From the NCBI GenBank assembly GCA_951406725.2, contig OX597833.1, positions 3,162,001-3,226,000 of the forward strand: 64,000 nt of DNA. The letters run 5' to 3'. The stretch is from Octopus vulgaris (taxonomy: Eukaryota). The notes under the pieces were generated by a model, which was given only the letters and a program-made list of their open reading frames with translations, searched no databases and was not told the origin of the DNA. Of this stretch, positions 25,622 through 39,190 are shown one piece after another. Position 1 is the stretch's first letter. The number at the start of each line of letters is the position of its first letter. Position numbers and translations under genes: made by a program.

Positions 25622-26674
25622 ATAAAAAAGAATAATGATTATGAACTTATTGTATACAGGGCTCATTACAACACATCACAAGAAATAACTAAAACTGCAT
25701 GAACAGGACATAGAATTTGTACAGGAAATAAACGGATATATATGTAAATGTATATATGTGTATATGCATATGTCTATATGTACATGTGTGTATATATACA
25801 TGTATGTTATCCATGCCAGTGGCATGTAAAAGTACCCATTACTCTCTCAGAGTGGTTGGTCTTAGGAAGGGCATCCAGCTATAGAAAACCATAGCAAATC
25901 AGACTGGAGTCTGGCGCAGCCTTCCAACTTACCAATTTTCAGCTCAATCAATCAAAATATATATACATACACACATATACAAATTGTTGCATTTTGGGAT
26001 GGTCTTTTTTTTTTTTTTTTGCCAAATAAACACACACACACTGTATATTCGTTCTTCACTCGTTTATTACAGTTCTTATTCTAACGCATGTCCATTGTCC
26101 GGAAATCTTACATCACACATCTGTGACCTCTTCAGAAAAACTCTCCATTTTCATGTGTGCACTTGCTCCACTTATTTCATTCTAGTGTTTCTGTTGGCTA
26201 TTGAGTTGTTTTGACTCTTATTTCTAGCAATACTGGTGCTGATTAGTGCCCTCATTCACTTTAGTGGCATATAACATATTTGCCTTTAAGTTGTAAAACT
26301 CTGAATTAGCCACCCATATAATATATATACATATATATAATCTTGTTATCCAATAAAATTAGAAAAAAAAATGAGGGAGGGAGGGTGACCTCTACACTAA
26401 ACATGGGCAAGTTTTTCAAGTGGGACACAACCCTAAAAAAAAAAAATTCAAGGTAATTTTCCATTATGCATGTTACTCAGAAAGTCCCATAGTTTACCCA
26501 TAGCTTTACACTATTAGTAGAATTGAATTTATTACTGATGTTAGAGTTGATTGGGACTTCAAATTTAGCTTAAGTGACTAAGTCAGTGCCCTTTTTTTAT
26601 TTGTCTTTTCTGACTGGTGTGGGTGATGTAACCAAGTCAATTGGATCAAACACTGCAGTAACCTACCAAGTCAT

Positions 26675-27440
26675 TCTTTCAGGCACCATGTCCAGAATGT
26701 AGGACACGGGTGACCAAATCCTGCCACAATTCTCCATTCTTTATCTTTTGTAACAGTTCCACTTCCTGATGTTTAATTCCTCTTTCTTCCAACCAGTTCT
26801 TCAAGCTTGACATCCACATCATCCTTCTCCTTCCTCTGCTTCTTTTCCCTTCAAGCTTTCCAGTCATTGCTAAATTCGTCAGGCCCTCTTTCTTATTCAC
26901 TTGACCAAAAAATCTTATTAGCTTGGCCCTTATATCTCTTCTTCTTGTCTTGAGACAGCATTCACCCAGTGTGGGTTGAGCTGGCTTCATTCATCCTCAA
27001 TGCTGCATCTCTCACAAACGATGACCAGGCCTGGCGATTTGAGGCCAACGACCGCGTGATCTCCAACCACTCCTTATTCCAGCAGTGAACGCCGTAGATA
27101 TGGGAGGCCTAAGTTGGGTTCCAGATCAGCCTTAACTGTCATCAGCCAGGTTTTTCGTTGCCCACCACATCGCTTTTGCCAACACTGAAGGGGAGCTGGG
27201 GCAATTGCTTTGTAGATGAATTCTCCTGGTTGACGACAGAGAGCATGACCCAGCCAACGCAGACGTCTCATTAGGATGACTTGTCGGCCCTTATCTAACG
27301 AAGCAGTTTCCTATTTACCACAGCCTGGATCATCCCTTCTTTATTAGACACTTTTTCTCTGTCCATGCCATACTCAATATTCTCCTTAAGAACCACATTT
27401 CACAGCTTCCCAAGCACCTTCTCATATCTGATGTTACCAT
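26675..27440 (-). mobile_element. Degenerate RTE-type LINE 3' end, interrupted by a second RTE fragment
   Basis: CEMWFLRRILSMAWTEK-like sequence near 27355-27410, and KLIRFFGQV...MTGKLEGKRSRGRRRMMWMSSLK at 26679-26945. Confidence 0.8.
26945..27310 (-). mobile_element. Second RTE-type LINE 3' fragment (nested)
   Basis: RRLRWLGHAL...KRCGGQRKTWLMTVKADLE, a typical RTE C-terminal motif. Confidence 0.8.
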
Positions 27441-28000
27441 GCCTCACTTCCAGACATTAACACAAGGTACACATAGCAGTTCAATATACAGATCATTAGG
27501 TCCCTATCTAATTTTTCTAATTAACTCTGGACCAATGAAAGTAACTTTAACCCCCTACCCCCAGGGATTTGAACACAATTCAAAGAGGGATGAAATTCAA
27601 TTCCATAAAGTATTTTCTCCAATTCTACTAACATAGTAATTAATAAGTAAATTGATAATTATAACATTAATTTCTAATGTAGGTGCAAGGAGAGGCATTT
27701 TGATTAAAGTGACCCTAGTACACAACTGGTACTCTCATTTGATTCTAGGAAGATCAACTGGGGCAGGAAATGAAATTGTATTACAAAAGGATGTACCTAA
27801 ATATCATAAGATATTCTAGATCAGCGTTCCAGGAATTTTACCAATTGTGTGTGTGTGTGTGTGTAAAAAAAGAGGGAGAGAGAGTGAAGAATACAAGGAA
27901 AATAGAAGAGAAAGAGAGAGAGGGGGTATGTGGGAAATGAAGAAAGTGCAAGGATGAAAGGGAAGATCAGAGGGTAATGTGATAGACAGGAGTATTTATT

Positions 28001-28032
<32 letters not shown>

Positions 28033-28409
28033 GGGTGGGTGGGAGGAAGGAAAAGTGGGGTGAGAAAATGTTGATAATTTCACAGCTCGTTAAATGGGTT
28101 TGGTGAAGACCTACATTGTCATATTCAGTTGGATGACTGTCTTGACACCAACCACTCAAACTGTTTAGGAGTAAACTTCTTTAAAAGCCAATGCGTCATG
28201 ACAGAGGGGTCACCACACAAGTACATACTCCAGCTTCCCGGCAAGTGTTATCTAGGATGATAATCAGTCTGTGCAGCTACTGCCAAGCAACAACAGCCCA
28301 GCTTCCTTTAGGAAGATTACCATCACTCAACCCGAATCAGACCCAGCACTGCAACATATTACAAGCAACTACCCAGTTTCACAATATAGACAATGATTTG
28401 GTACTAACA

Positions 28410-28700
28410 AGGTGCCGGTGACACGTAAAAGCACCATCCCCCGTGCCGGTGACACGTAAAAGCACCATCCGTTCGTGGCCGTTGTGCCAGCTCTGTCTGG
28501 CACCTGTGCAGGTGGCACGTAAAAAACACCCACTACACTCGCGGAGTGGTTGGCGTTAGGAAGGGCATCCAGCCGTAGAAACACTGCCAAATCTGACTGG
28601 GCCTGATGAAGCCTTCCGGCTTCACAGACCCCAGTTAAACCGTCCAACCCATGCTAGCATGGAAAACGGACGCTAAATGATGATGATGATGATGATGATG
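28410..28700 (+). mobile_element. Family C fragment
   Basis: Three pseudoknot-like units, the family core motif, and a long (GAT)n tail. Confidence 0.85.
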
Positions 28701-28927
28701 AAGATGTTCATATCATGTGGTACCTATTTTCAACGAGGTGGACAAGGCCAATTCAGGCAAGAAGAATACAAACTGCTGATCTCATGGAGGAATGTCGAGT
28801 ACCCTATTTTCCTCTGTGTTGAAGAGGGATTTCACTTAAAGACCTTCAAAAATAGACAGAATCTTACCAGCATCATCAGCAGCAACACAAGCCGTTCAAG
28901 AATTTGGACCTGGAGATCTCCATTTCC

Positions 28928-28982
28928 AGCGACTTCGAGGGCCACCTCCCAGTGGTGTCGGGCGTCAACGAAGAGCCTTCGA
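28928..28982 (+). ncRNA. HDV-like ribozyme fold, short or degenerate P1
   Basis: P1 CGAC/GTCG; P2 TCGAGGGC/GCCTTCGA; P3 ACC/GGT with L3 TCCCAGT; GG available for P1.1; J4/2 C-GAA at 28969-28972; essentially no P4. Confidence 0.4.
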
Positions 28983-29522
28983 CTACAACAAGACGACCAA
29001 AGTTGTTTTTTTTTTTACCAAGGTCTGGGGTCTCCCGCCTCTAAGCCCTAGACCATCACCTAATCACCCTTACCCATCTTGTTGCTTAACAACAACAACA
29101 GTAGCAACACCAGTATCACATCCGTCTTCCTTTTCCTTTTTTTCCATTTTATCTTTTAGGCAAGAGAGAAGGCAGTGCCTATGACCCTTTAACAGGACTT
29201 CGAAGAGTCATGGGGAAAAGGGAGGAAGGCATCCCTAAGCCAGTGACCTGGCGTAAATGCTTACAACAGAATGGATTCCGCTGAAGGCATCCAAGGACCA
29301 GGAGTGGTTGGGGGTGGTTAAACCATGCAAGAGTTACAATCTATCACTCGCCTTCTGACCCATACTGGCAGGAGTTTCATTGGTCATCACAATCCAAGAT
29401 AATTCTTCTTTGGAGCGACTTACCTCTCTGATAATTCAGAAGACCATCTCACACCCATTACTTCTTCTTCAATCTGTTAAAATAGACCCCCAACAATGAA
29501 GGCATAATGCTTCAAGCATTAA

Positions 29523-29742
29523 CCCTTTGGTGTTTAAACCGGCCATATCAGGCCAAATTTGTCTTCCTGTTTTATGCTCAAACTAGCCAGCTCTGGCCTC
29601 TCACACCTATCCTACAAAGCCATTCTAAAAATAAACAGGGACATCATCAAAATCTCAGAGTTACAAGATGCTGTACAATTAATTTAAAACAATGTGATTA
29701 AACAGGCTTTACATTTGACAGAGTAATCTGAATGCTAAAGGG
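29523..29742. mobile_element. TTAA-site MITE family 2
   Basis: TTAA|CCCTTTGG ... CTAAAGGG|TTAA; internal similarity to 50230-50448. Confidence 0.78.
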
Positions 29743-30619
29743 TTAAACTGGCCCTTGATCTTTTTCATCATTTTGCTATTCCCTCACTCTTTGATATTAA
29801 CCCACGTGGGACAACACATATTAAAGTATTCACATCTGAAATTAAAATTTGGACCTAAATATATTGGGTGGTGGGTGGTGGCTATTGATCTTCCTACTGA
29901 ACCAAAGATGCTACAAAATTCCGTTGCTGATTCTGTCAGATGCAATTCTTGGCTAAAATGGCAAATTTTGCTTTTTTAAAAACTTCAGGCACTGACATGG
30001 CTGTATGGCTAGGAAGTTTGCTTCCTGACCTTGTGGTCTTGGGTTCGCTCCCACTGTGTGACACCTTGGGCAAATGTGTTTTACTATAGCACCAGGCCAA
30101 CCAAAGCCTTGAGAATGAATTTGGATAACAGAAACTGAAAGAAGCCCATTGTGTGTGTCTTACTGTTGTAAATGAGCATCATCATCATCATACAAGCAAT
30201 GTTATTGGTTTCCAGTCTTCTGTGAAAAACATGTCTGGCCAAAGAAAATCTGCCTCAACAAATTCCATCTGACCAATGCAAGCAAGAAAAAGTGGACATT
30301 AAATGATGACGATGATGATGGCTTCAGGGGCACTTGAACTCAGAATATGGAGCATCGGATAAGGTGCCTTGTAGTATCTATCTAGGCTCTAACAATTCTG
30401 CCAAGCCAACACCCTGCGCTGGCCTTTTTCTTTTTAATTGACCCTGAAGGTGTAAAAGTCAAAGTTGACCTTAGTAGGATTTGAACTCAAGAGTACAGAG
30501 ACTCAGAACAAATACTGCAGTGCATTCTGTCTGATATTCACACACGATACATTTTTACTTTAAAATTTCTCAAAGCATTCCAAACACCCCAGGAAAACGG
30601 GATTCTCACACACACACAC

Positions 30620-31150
30620 ATGAGCATCTTGAGAGGAAAGCTGGGCATAAGAGGCATCAGATGTATTGTGCAAGAGAGACAACAGCACTGGTATGGTCAT
30701 GTGATGCAAATGATCAAGGACAGCTGTGTAAAGTGCTGATCTCTGTGGAGGGAACTTGTGGAAGAGGTAGACCCAGGAGGATATGGGATGAGGTGGTGAA
30801 GCATGATCTTCAAATGTCGGGTCTCACAGAGGCAATGACAAGCGACCAAGGCCATTGGCGATATACTGTGCTGAGAAGACTTGTCAAGCCAAGTGAAATT
30901 GCAGTTGTGACTGTTGCCAGTGTCACTTAATTGGCACCCGTCCCGGTGGCACATATAAAGCACCCATGCCAGTGGCATGTAAAAGAGCACCAACTACATT
31001 CTTGGAGTGGTTGGCATTAGGAAGGGCACCCAGCAGTAGAAACTACACCAAATAAGATTGGAACCTGGTGCAGCTCTCTGGCTTACCAGTTCCAATCAAA
31101 TCGTCTAACCCATTCCAGCATGGAAAGCAGACGCTAAATGATGATGATAT
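30620..31150 (+). mobile_element. RTE-type LINE 3' end with its 3' UTR (repeat family C) and (GAT)n tail
   Basis: Frameshifted peptide ...WYGHV...VEGTCGRGRPRRIWDEVVKHDL...DQGHWR. It runs directly into the GGCAC..TAAAAGCACC / GGAAGGGCATCCAGC / CCATGCTAGCATGGAA..(GAT)n module. Confidence 0.8.
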
Positions 31151-32202
31151 TATTGTTATTATTATTGTTGTTGTTGTTGTTATTAATTGCTAATGCATGA
31201 AACCATCAGCCCTTGAGTCACTCTGTAATTTCTGCCAACAAATAATAAAAACTATAAATTAAATATTAGCTATTTTAATTAATTTTGTCATCAAAGATTT
31301 GTTGAAATGCATTCTCTTGAAATTAATTTCAAAAAATAATAACGAATTGTGTAAACAAACTGTCATTATTAAGCTGATGTTTGGAACATAAATTAGCATA
31401 ACATTTCAAAACAGGAAATTAGTTCCAGGGGCAGTCACAGATGGGTTCGTTATCAAAAGGGTCAAATCAACTACAGTATTCAACTGATACATTGCTTTAT
31501 CGCCCCTGGACGGATGAAAGGCAAAGTTGGCCATGGCAAGAATTGAACCCAGAACATAAAAAGCTATGACAAATACTTTGCCAATACCTTTTTAATAATG
31601 TTGGCTAAATATAGCTGGGCAAATTATTTACATAGACACACAGTCTGGCCAAGTTGGTTTGGCTCAAGAATGGACGTAACGCTCCGAATTTTTAATAGAT
31701 ATTTGATAAGTTATCAACTGGTCATTATATTTATCTCTGTATGAGGTGGAGGGTGGGTGGGGGTGAGTGGGGGTGAGTGGGGGTGGGGTAGGTATAGATG
31801 CAGATATGTTACACAGGCACAAACTGTTGTCCAAATCTTGCCACAGAAATCGTTAAAAAGCCAACCTACTTACTTATTCAGACAAATAGGCTGAATCAGA
31901 AAATGAATGATTAATAAATTATTATAATGAGGAGAGGGCAAGAGAGAGAGAGAGAGGTGGGAGGAAGAAAAAGGAGACATACAGACAGAAAGACAGAGGG
32001 GCAGAGAGAGAGAGAGAGAGAGAGAAAGAAGTAGAGAATAAAAAATAAGAAATGAAGAGAGTAGAAGAGAGAATGTGTGTGTTTATGTGCGGGTGTCTAT
32101 ACACACACACACATATATATATATACATACATACACACATGTATATGTGTAGAGAGTTGTTTTATAAAGTATATAGGTGTGTATTTTGTGTGCATGTGTG
32201 TG

Positions 32203-32261
<59 letters not shown>

Positions 32262-32270
32262 ATATATATG

Positions 32271-32321
<51 letters not shown>

Positions 32322-32668
32322 AAACAATACTGGGAGGATAAGAGACGGAACGAAGCGAAAATTCGAATATATATATATACATATATATATAACTGATTTG
32401 CATATTCCCATTTGCATTTAAACCAGCAATAGTTATATGGCTAGCATAGCTGGAAGTACTCTTGATGATCTGAGATGAGCATTGCTTTAAATTTAATTTA
32501 AATTAATTTTCATTAATTACTTAATTAACGAATTATATCAATTCCCCACGAAACAGCTGTTGAGAGTAATTAAATTATGTTTCTGTGAAATGCCTCTCTA
32601 CATTCTATTTTATAACACATTCCATGTATGTGTGTGTGTGTGTGTATGTATATACACGTGTGTGTGTA

Positions 32669-32710
<42 letters not shown>

Positions 32711-32777
32711 GTGAGATAGAGGTAAAGAGAAGGCAGTAAGAAAAAATTAAGGTGTGTATATGTGTAGCTATATGCAT

Positions 32778-33194
32778 ACTCTTTACTCTTTTACTCTTTT
32801 ACTTGTTTCAGTCATTTGACTGCAGCCATGCTGGAGCACCGCCTTTAGTCGAGCAAATCGACCCTGGGACTTATTCTTTGTAAGCCCAGTACTTATTCTA
32901 TCGGTCTCTTTTGCCGAACCGCTAAGTGACGGGGACGTAAACACACCAGCATCGGTTGTCAAGCAATGCTAGGGGGACAAACACAGATACACAAACACAG
33001 ACACACACATATATATATATAGATAGATATATACGACAGGCTTCTTTCAGTTTCCGTCTACCAAATCCACTCACAAGGCATTGGTCGGCCCGGGGCTATA
33101 GCAGAAGACACTTGCCCAAGATGCCATGCAGTGGGACTGAACCCGGAACCATGTGGTTGGTAAGCAAGCTACTTACCACACAGCCACTCCTGCG

Positions 33195-33196
<2 letters not shown>
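32778..33196 (-). mobile_element. SINE family A, full length, young
   Basis: (ACTCTTTT)n tail and an intact head ending CTCCTGCGCC. Confidence 0.88.
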
Positions 33197-33235
<39 letters not shown>

Positions 33236-33850
33236 TATATGAAAAAGTACATGTGTCTTATATACACCCTGTGGTTCCTCGTAGAAATACAATAAAACCT
33301 CCCCATTTGTGCTGTATATTGAGTACTACCTTGGAAGCAGTCTACTCCATTATGCTCCTCTAATTAACAAATAAAATGGAGAGACAGAGAGAGGAGGAGG
33401 GTAATTAAAATTAATGGGTATTACCTTTAACGAGAAAAGTCTTATATAAAAATCTTCAAATATAATTAATTAACCTTTGTGAGTGCGTGCGTGCATGCGT
33501 GTGTGTAATTGTGCCTCCGTCAATCTGTATACATGTGTACAAATGCATACATATGGAGAATTAATCTTTTTTATTGGATTAGCAGAGATTAAAAAGACTT
33601 AAAAAGAAAAAAAAAATTCGGTAAAGAAGATTAAAAATGGAAGTGGAGAGATATAGATTTTTTTAGTACCGTGCATGTATGTATAAGTGTATATGTGTAC
33701 GTGTGCCTATATATATGTATGTATATATGTATCTAGGAGTTTATATACCTGTGTGTAAATGAATGAAATGAGGAGGAGGGGGGGATAAAAAGGAAAAAGA
33801 TCTACTTAGGAACAATACGAGAAGTAGGAAACGCTTTGTTAATGAAGAGA

Positions 33851-33881
<31 letters not shown>

Positions 33882-34002
33882 TTATTATTATTATAGGGAG
33901 GGGAGGGGCAGGTGCAACAGGATGTTTAGCAGGCAGCTGCACATTACCTGAGACAGATTGGTGATTCACACAGACTAATCAATTAGGAAAGGGGCAAATA
34001 AA

Positions 34003-34045
<43 letters not shown>

Positions 34046-34046
<1 letters not shown>

Positions 34047-34128
34047 TTTAAATAAAGCATATTACTCTACCACTGGTATTTGAGTACTCTTTTTTCCACC
34101 TTGTTTCACATTTATGTGTTTACTCCGG
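34046..34128. repeat. 83-bp dispersed repeat embedded in (TA)n
   Basis: Nearly identical to 61093-61175; both copies are flanked by TA repeats. Confidence 0.85.
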
Positions 34129-34184
34129 TATATATATATATATACACACGCATATACAAAGAAATGAGTGTGCGTACACACCTG

Positions 34185-34225
<41 letters not shown>

Positions 34226-34539
34226 GCATATACAAAGAAATGAATGTGTGTACACACCTGTATATATATACAAAACTTTACAGCACATTATATATATAAT
34301 GTAAGCATATGAGTGTGTGTGTGTGTGTACAATCATGCATAGAGACACACACACATATAAGTAGATAGCAAGAAGTGTACGTATATAAATACTTAGTGAA
34401 TAGCTACAGCGTACACACACCTTAGAGGAGAAAGAGATGCGAGCACCTGTATAGACAAAGAGGTTTACAACATACACTCTTCACTGTTTATACATCATTT
34501 TAATTCATGTTTATGTTGCATACACACAGAAAATGAATA

Positions 34540-34588
<49 letters not shown>

Positions 34589-34690
34589 TAAATAAAATAA
34601 AACATATGCATATATATAAACATATATGTACGTACCTACCTCTACATGTACATATACACGCATATATATACACAGAAAATGAATGGTGCG

Positions 34691-34723
<33 letters not shown>

Positions 34724-36368
34724 TTGAATGTATACATACATACATATGTGAATTGTAATATGTTTTTTTAATTTCATTTCATTTGGCTCGAGATCGTAAC
34801 ATTTGGAAATTAATTAAATTAAACAGCTAACGAATGTTTTATACCAATCTATGGAAGTATGCCAAGCACTAAGTCAATACAGATTGTTAAGAAGTAAAAG
34901 GTAAACAGAGAGAGAGAGGCAGAGAGAGAGAAAGAGGAGAGAGAAAGAGAAAGAGAGAGAGAGTGACATAGGAGAGAGAGAGAGAGAATAGAGAGAGGTA
35001 AATAACATGAATATCTAAACTAAAGCTGAAAATGGTTGTCTAAAAAATAAAATAAAATAAAATAAAAGCCAGACTCAAGTGTAATTGCTTTTGCATCATA
35101 ATATAACAAGAGACGACAATTTTGTGATTAAAGGGGGAAGGAGATGGGGTGTGGCGGGGGGGGGGAGTATTGATTTTATTGATCTGTATTTCTTTTCCTT
35201 TTTTTCTTTTTTTTGATGAAGAAAGAGGAATAGTTTTAGAAATTTTACTTTGATAAAAAAAAAAAAATTAAAGATTTTTTTTTGTTTTTTGTTTTTTTTT
35301 TATTTGTTTCCAGTCATTGGACCATGGCCATGCTGAAGCATTCATCACCTTGGAGTTGATCACAGAAATTAGATGTTTTTTTCTTTTAAAGTTTGGTATT
35401 TGTTTTATCGATTCTGTTTGTTTACCAACTAAATTATGAGGCGTCACCAAAAAAAAAATACACACACACATATCTATGTGAGTGTATACGTGTGTATATA
35501 CATACATACACACACATACAATTTTCTTAATTCGACAGCTGTTTCAAGAAGCTCAGATTTATGTAATAATCATAATGTTCATAATTTGCAGATGGAATAT
35601 ACAAAAAGTCTTGGGTATGCAACCAGTAAAGAGTCACACAAAGATATTACCATACGTCTGGCTCCCTTCATCGAAAGAAAGTTGGCAATGTCTACACATG
35701 CATACAAAAATGGGTTTCTATACAGTTTCCATCTACCAATTTCACTCACAGGGAATTGGTCAACCCAAAGCTACTGTAGAAGACACGGCTTAAGAAGCCA
35801 CTCAATGGGCCCAAACTATATATAAGAAAAAAGTGGTGGGAGACCCTAACAAACAATGTAATGATAGAAATCCCCAAAGATGGAATGAGCATGACAGAGC
35901 CCTTTGATCATAAGTCCACCCAATCAGGATTTAACTGAAACTATTAAACAACTCACCCTACAGATTAGAACTTTTAAATCTGGCATCTTTGGAGCCTGGC
36001 CATTGCTGGACCATGGAAACTAAATTCTAAGGGGAACTCGTTTTTAAACAGTGTTGCTATTCTCTATTACACACATATGTACAGATGGCTGCCATATCTA
36101 AAGCTGGACCAAGGCTTAAAACAGAAAATGATACAGCTAGTGATGAAGCTAAACAAGATATCCATTATTTCATAAAATATAAAAGTGTAAAACCAAAATT
36201 TCAAAATGCTGCAGACCATCAGAGTTCCTGGCCCAAGATATGCTGTTGGATTTAAGGAGTCAGATTTGTAATTCACCTGTGAAACCCTATCACCATTATT
36301 ATCATTTAATACCTGTTGAACAGTTTCACAAGAACTGACAAGCCAGAGGACAGCACTAGGATCCAGTG

Positions 36369-36533
36369 CACTAGCATAGCTGGAGGGGGCGATAGGGACG
36401 GTCTGCATCGGGTGGAACTTTTAAAGGGGCACCACTTTTGGGTCTGCTGTAGGCAATATATGGTTTTTGTGAGGTCCAGGGGTAGCAAACGGAAGGGCTG
36501 TCCTGGGTGGCACACACTCTAACTACACTAGTG
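36369..36533. mobile_element. Degenerate GC-rich MITE
   Basis: Imperfect TIRs CACTAGCATAGCT / AACTACACTAGTG. Confidence 0.45.
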
Positions 36534-38595
36534 ACCCAATATTTGCTTTGGCATGGTTTCTACATCTGGGTGCTTTTTCATAATAACCCTTTGGAAGAAG
36601 GGTTACTCAAATGAGGGTCAATGTATGATAGAGGGACAGCAACAAGTGTCTTGCCAGAAATTAGATATATGGCTTCCCCCACCTGCAAAGCAAGAGAGAT
36701 GGAGAGTGTATGTCATCAAGGTGCAAAGTGAATACAAGAAAGAAAATAGGAATAGAGAAATGGAAAAAAGTGAGTGGGTAGGTAAGTTTGTCAAAGTGTG
36801 AAAAGAGTATGACAGAGATGGGGACCGAAGTGGATGCAATATATGCAAAGTGCTCCTTCGAGGTATTCCCCACCTTCCTGTCCACAGAGTTGATTATTGT
36901 AGTCTTTATAAAAAGATCAATACAGTTGTGCCACTGAAGACTGGGTGTTTGGATTACCTTGTTCCACATTAACATATGTTAATGCTTCTTTCTCAAGACC
37001 CTTAATTGCTCGAGTTAATATTCTACCTAATAGCAATAGTTCCCAGCCTTCTTTTTTGTCCATTTTTTTTTACAACAAAGGGCTCCCTTTAAATGAATTC
37101 TACCACCCCAGCCCCCAGGCCTGTGAAAGGTCTGTCTATTCAAAGGGAGCTGATTTGATTAACTAACAAGAAACTTGCTTTCCCAGTTACTAAACTGAAA
37201 TATGTCTGAATAATTATATGTAACTGTTTCTTATGAATTGTGTATAACCATGTAATTATACATTTTTACACTGCACCCTTTTAATATTTCAAACACAGCT
37301 CAGGGACCCACAATACCACCTTTGTGGAACCTCAGGTGTCTACACTCCTGCTCAGGAAGCACAGCTGAAGAGCATAAAAGTTGTTTCCATTTCTTTTGTC
37401 TTCTTCAGAAGATGAAGGCGACCATTGCAAGAGAGAGAGGTCAATTATATTAACCAAACAGGTAAAAAAAAAAAAAGCAAAAATATAAACAGGGGGAAGC
37501 ATATTGTTATCCAGGTGGTGACAGTCTTAGTAACCCTAATGGGTTGTTGGGGTACAACTGAAGCTTTTATGCTCCTCGTATAATATTTCACAATACTTGA
37601 GTGACTGGCCTCCTTCAGTTTGGTCTCAGCAAGCGCCATTGTAAAAATGTGAAGAGCACCTTGCACCACTTACAACAACAAACCCTACACTAACATGGTA
37701 GCAGGCTTCCTTAAAGCTAAGTGAAATGAACTCTTATGACCCCATCTTAGCCATATTGACAGAATCTGAACAGCTGGTCCCCTTGTTTGGCAGTAGTCTG
37801 ATAACCTGTTGTCTTGGCTATCTCTATCTAAACATTTGGTTGTCGTATGAGAGCGAAAACTATATCTCATGTAAGGTCCTTCATTTAAGGGGAATTCTTC
37901 TTTCATATACCCTCAAACCATAACCTCAAAATATGGTGGGGTCTGGACGAACGAGTGTTCCAGTCTCAGAAAAGTTTTTAGGGATCTATACTTAAACTTA
38001 AGTCTAGTGACATTAAGAAGAGATAAAACTGCCCTGGCCCTTGGAATGGAATAGATTTTTGCCTGGAGATGTTACCTAAAATAAACCAAATTATCTTGTA
38101 GCCATCTCACTACTGGGAGGGTTTCTGAGGGATCTATCTATGCTTAGCTCCAGACCTCAAGACATGAAGCAGATGAGATAAAACTACCCTGGACCATTTC
38201 AAGACAATAAAATGTATTAGTCCGACTCTTCATATCATTCATACTAAATTCTATATCAGATTATATTTGATTACTGTATAACATTATCTGTTTGTGTGTG
38301 TGTGTGTATGTATACATATATATATATGTGTATATACACACACACAAATTTATATATAAACACATGCACCCCACATGTGTATGTATGTATATACTTACAC
38401 ATGCATGTGTATATTTATGCTGCTTTAAAAACTGGTATTCTTTAGGTTTTCTGCCTTTATGTCTCATAACTTAGTAGTTTGACAAACAGAGTTCGATAAA
38501 ACAAATTCCTGTCTTCAACAGGTAATGGGGTCATTATAAGTGATTTACAACTTTGAAGAGAGCATCCCGGTAAAAAATAATATGAACCGAGGTGT

Positions 38596-38596
38596 G

Positions 38597-38632
<36 letters not shown>

Positions 38633-39190
38633 CACATATATATACATACACACATATATATACATACATATACAGATATATATATATACATACATATAGA
38701 CATACATATATATATACATATACACACATATATATACATATACACACATATATATACATATACACACATATATACATACATATACACACATATATATATA
38801 TATACATATACACACATATATACATACATATACACATATATACATACATATACACACATATATATATATATATACATATACACACATATATATATATACA
38901 CATACACACATATATATATACATATACACATATATATATATACATACACATATATATACATACATATACATATATATACATACATATACATATATATACA
39001 TACATATACATATATATACATACATATACATATATATACATACATATACACATATATATATATATATATACATATACACATATATATACATACACACACA
39101 CATACATACATATACACATATATATATACATACATATACACATACATACATATACACACATACACACACACATATATATACACACACTCA
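38596..39190. repeat. Long compound (TA/CA)n microsatellite
   Basis: Seen directly. Similar tracts at 6780-6990, 8010-8250, 17030-17215, 20745-21010, 47030-47320 and 54130-54660. Confidence 0.95.
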
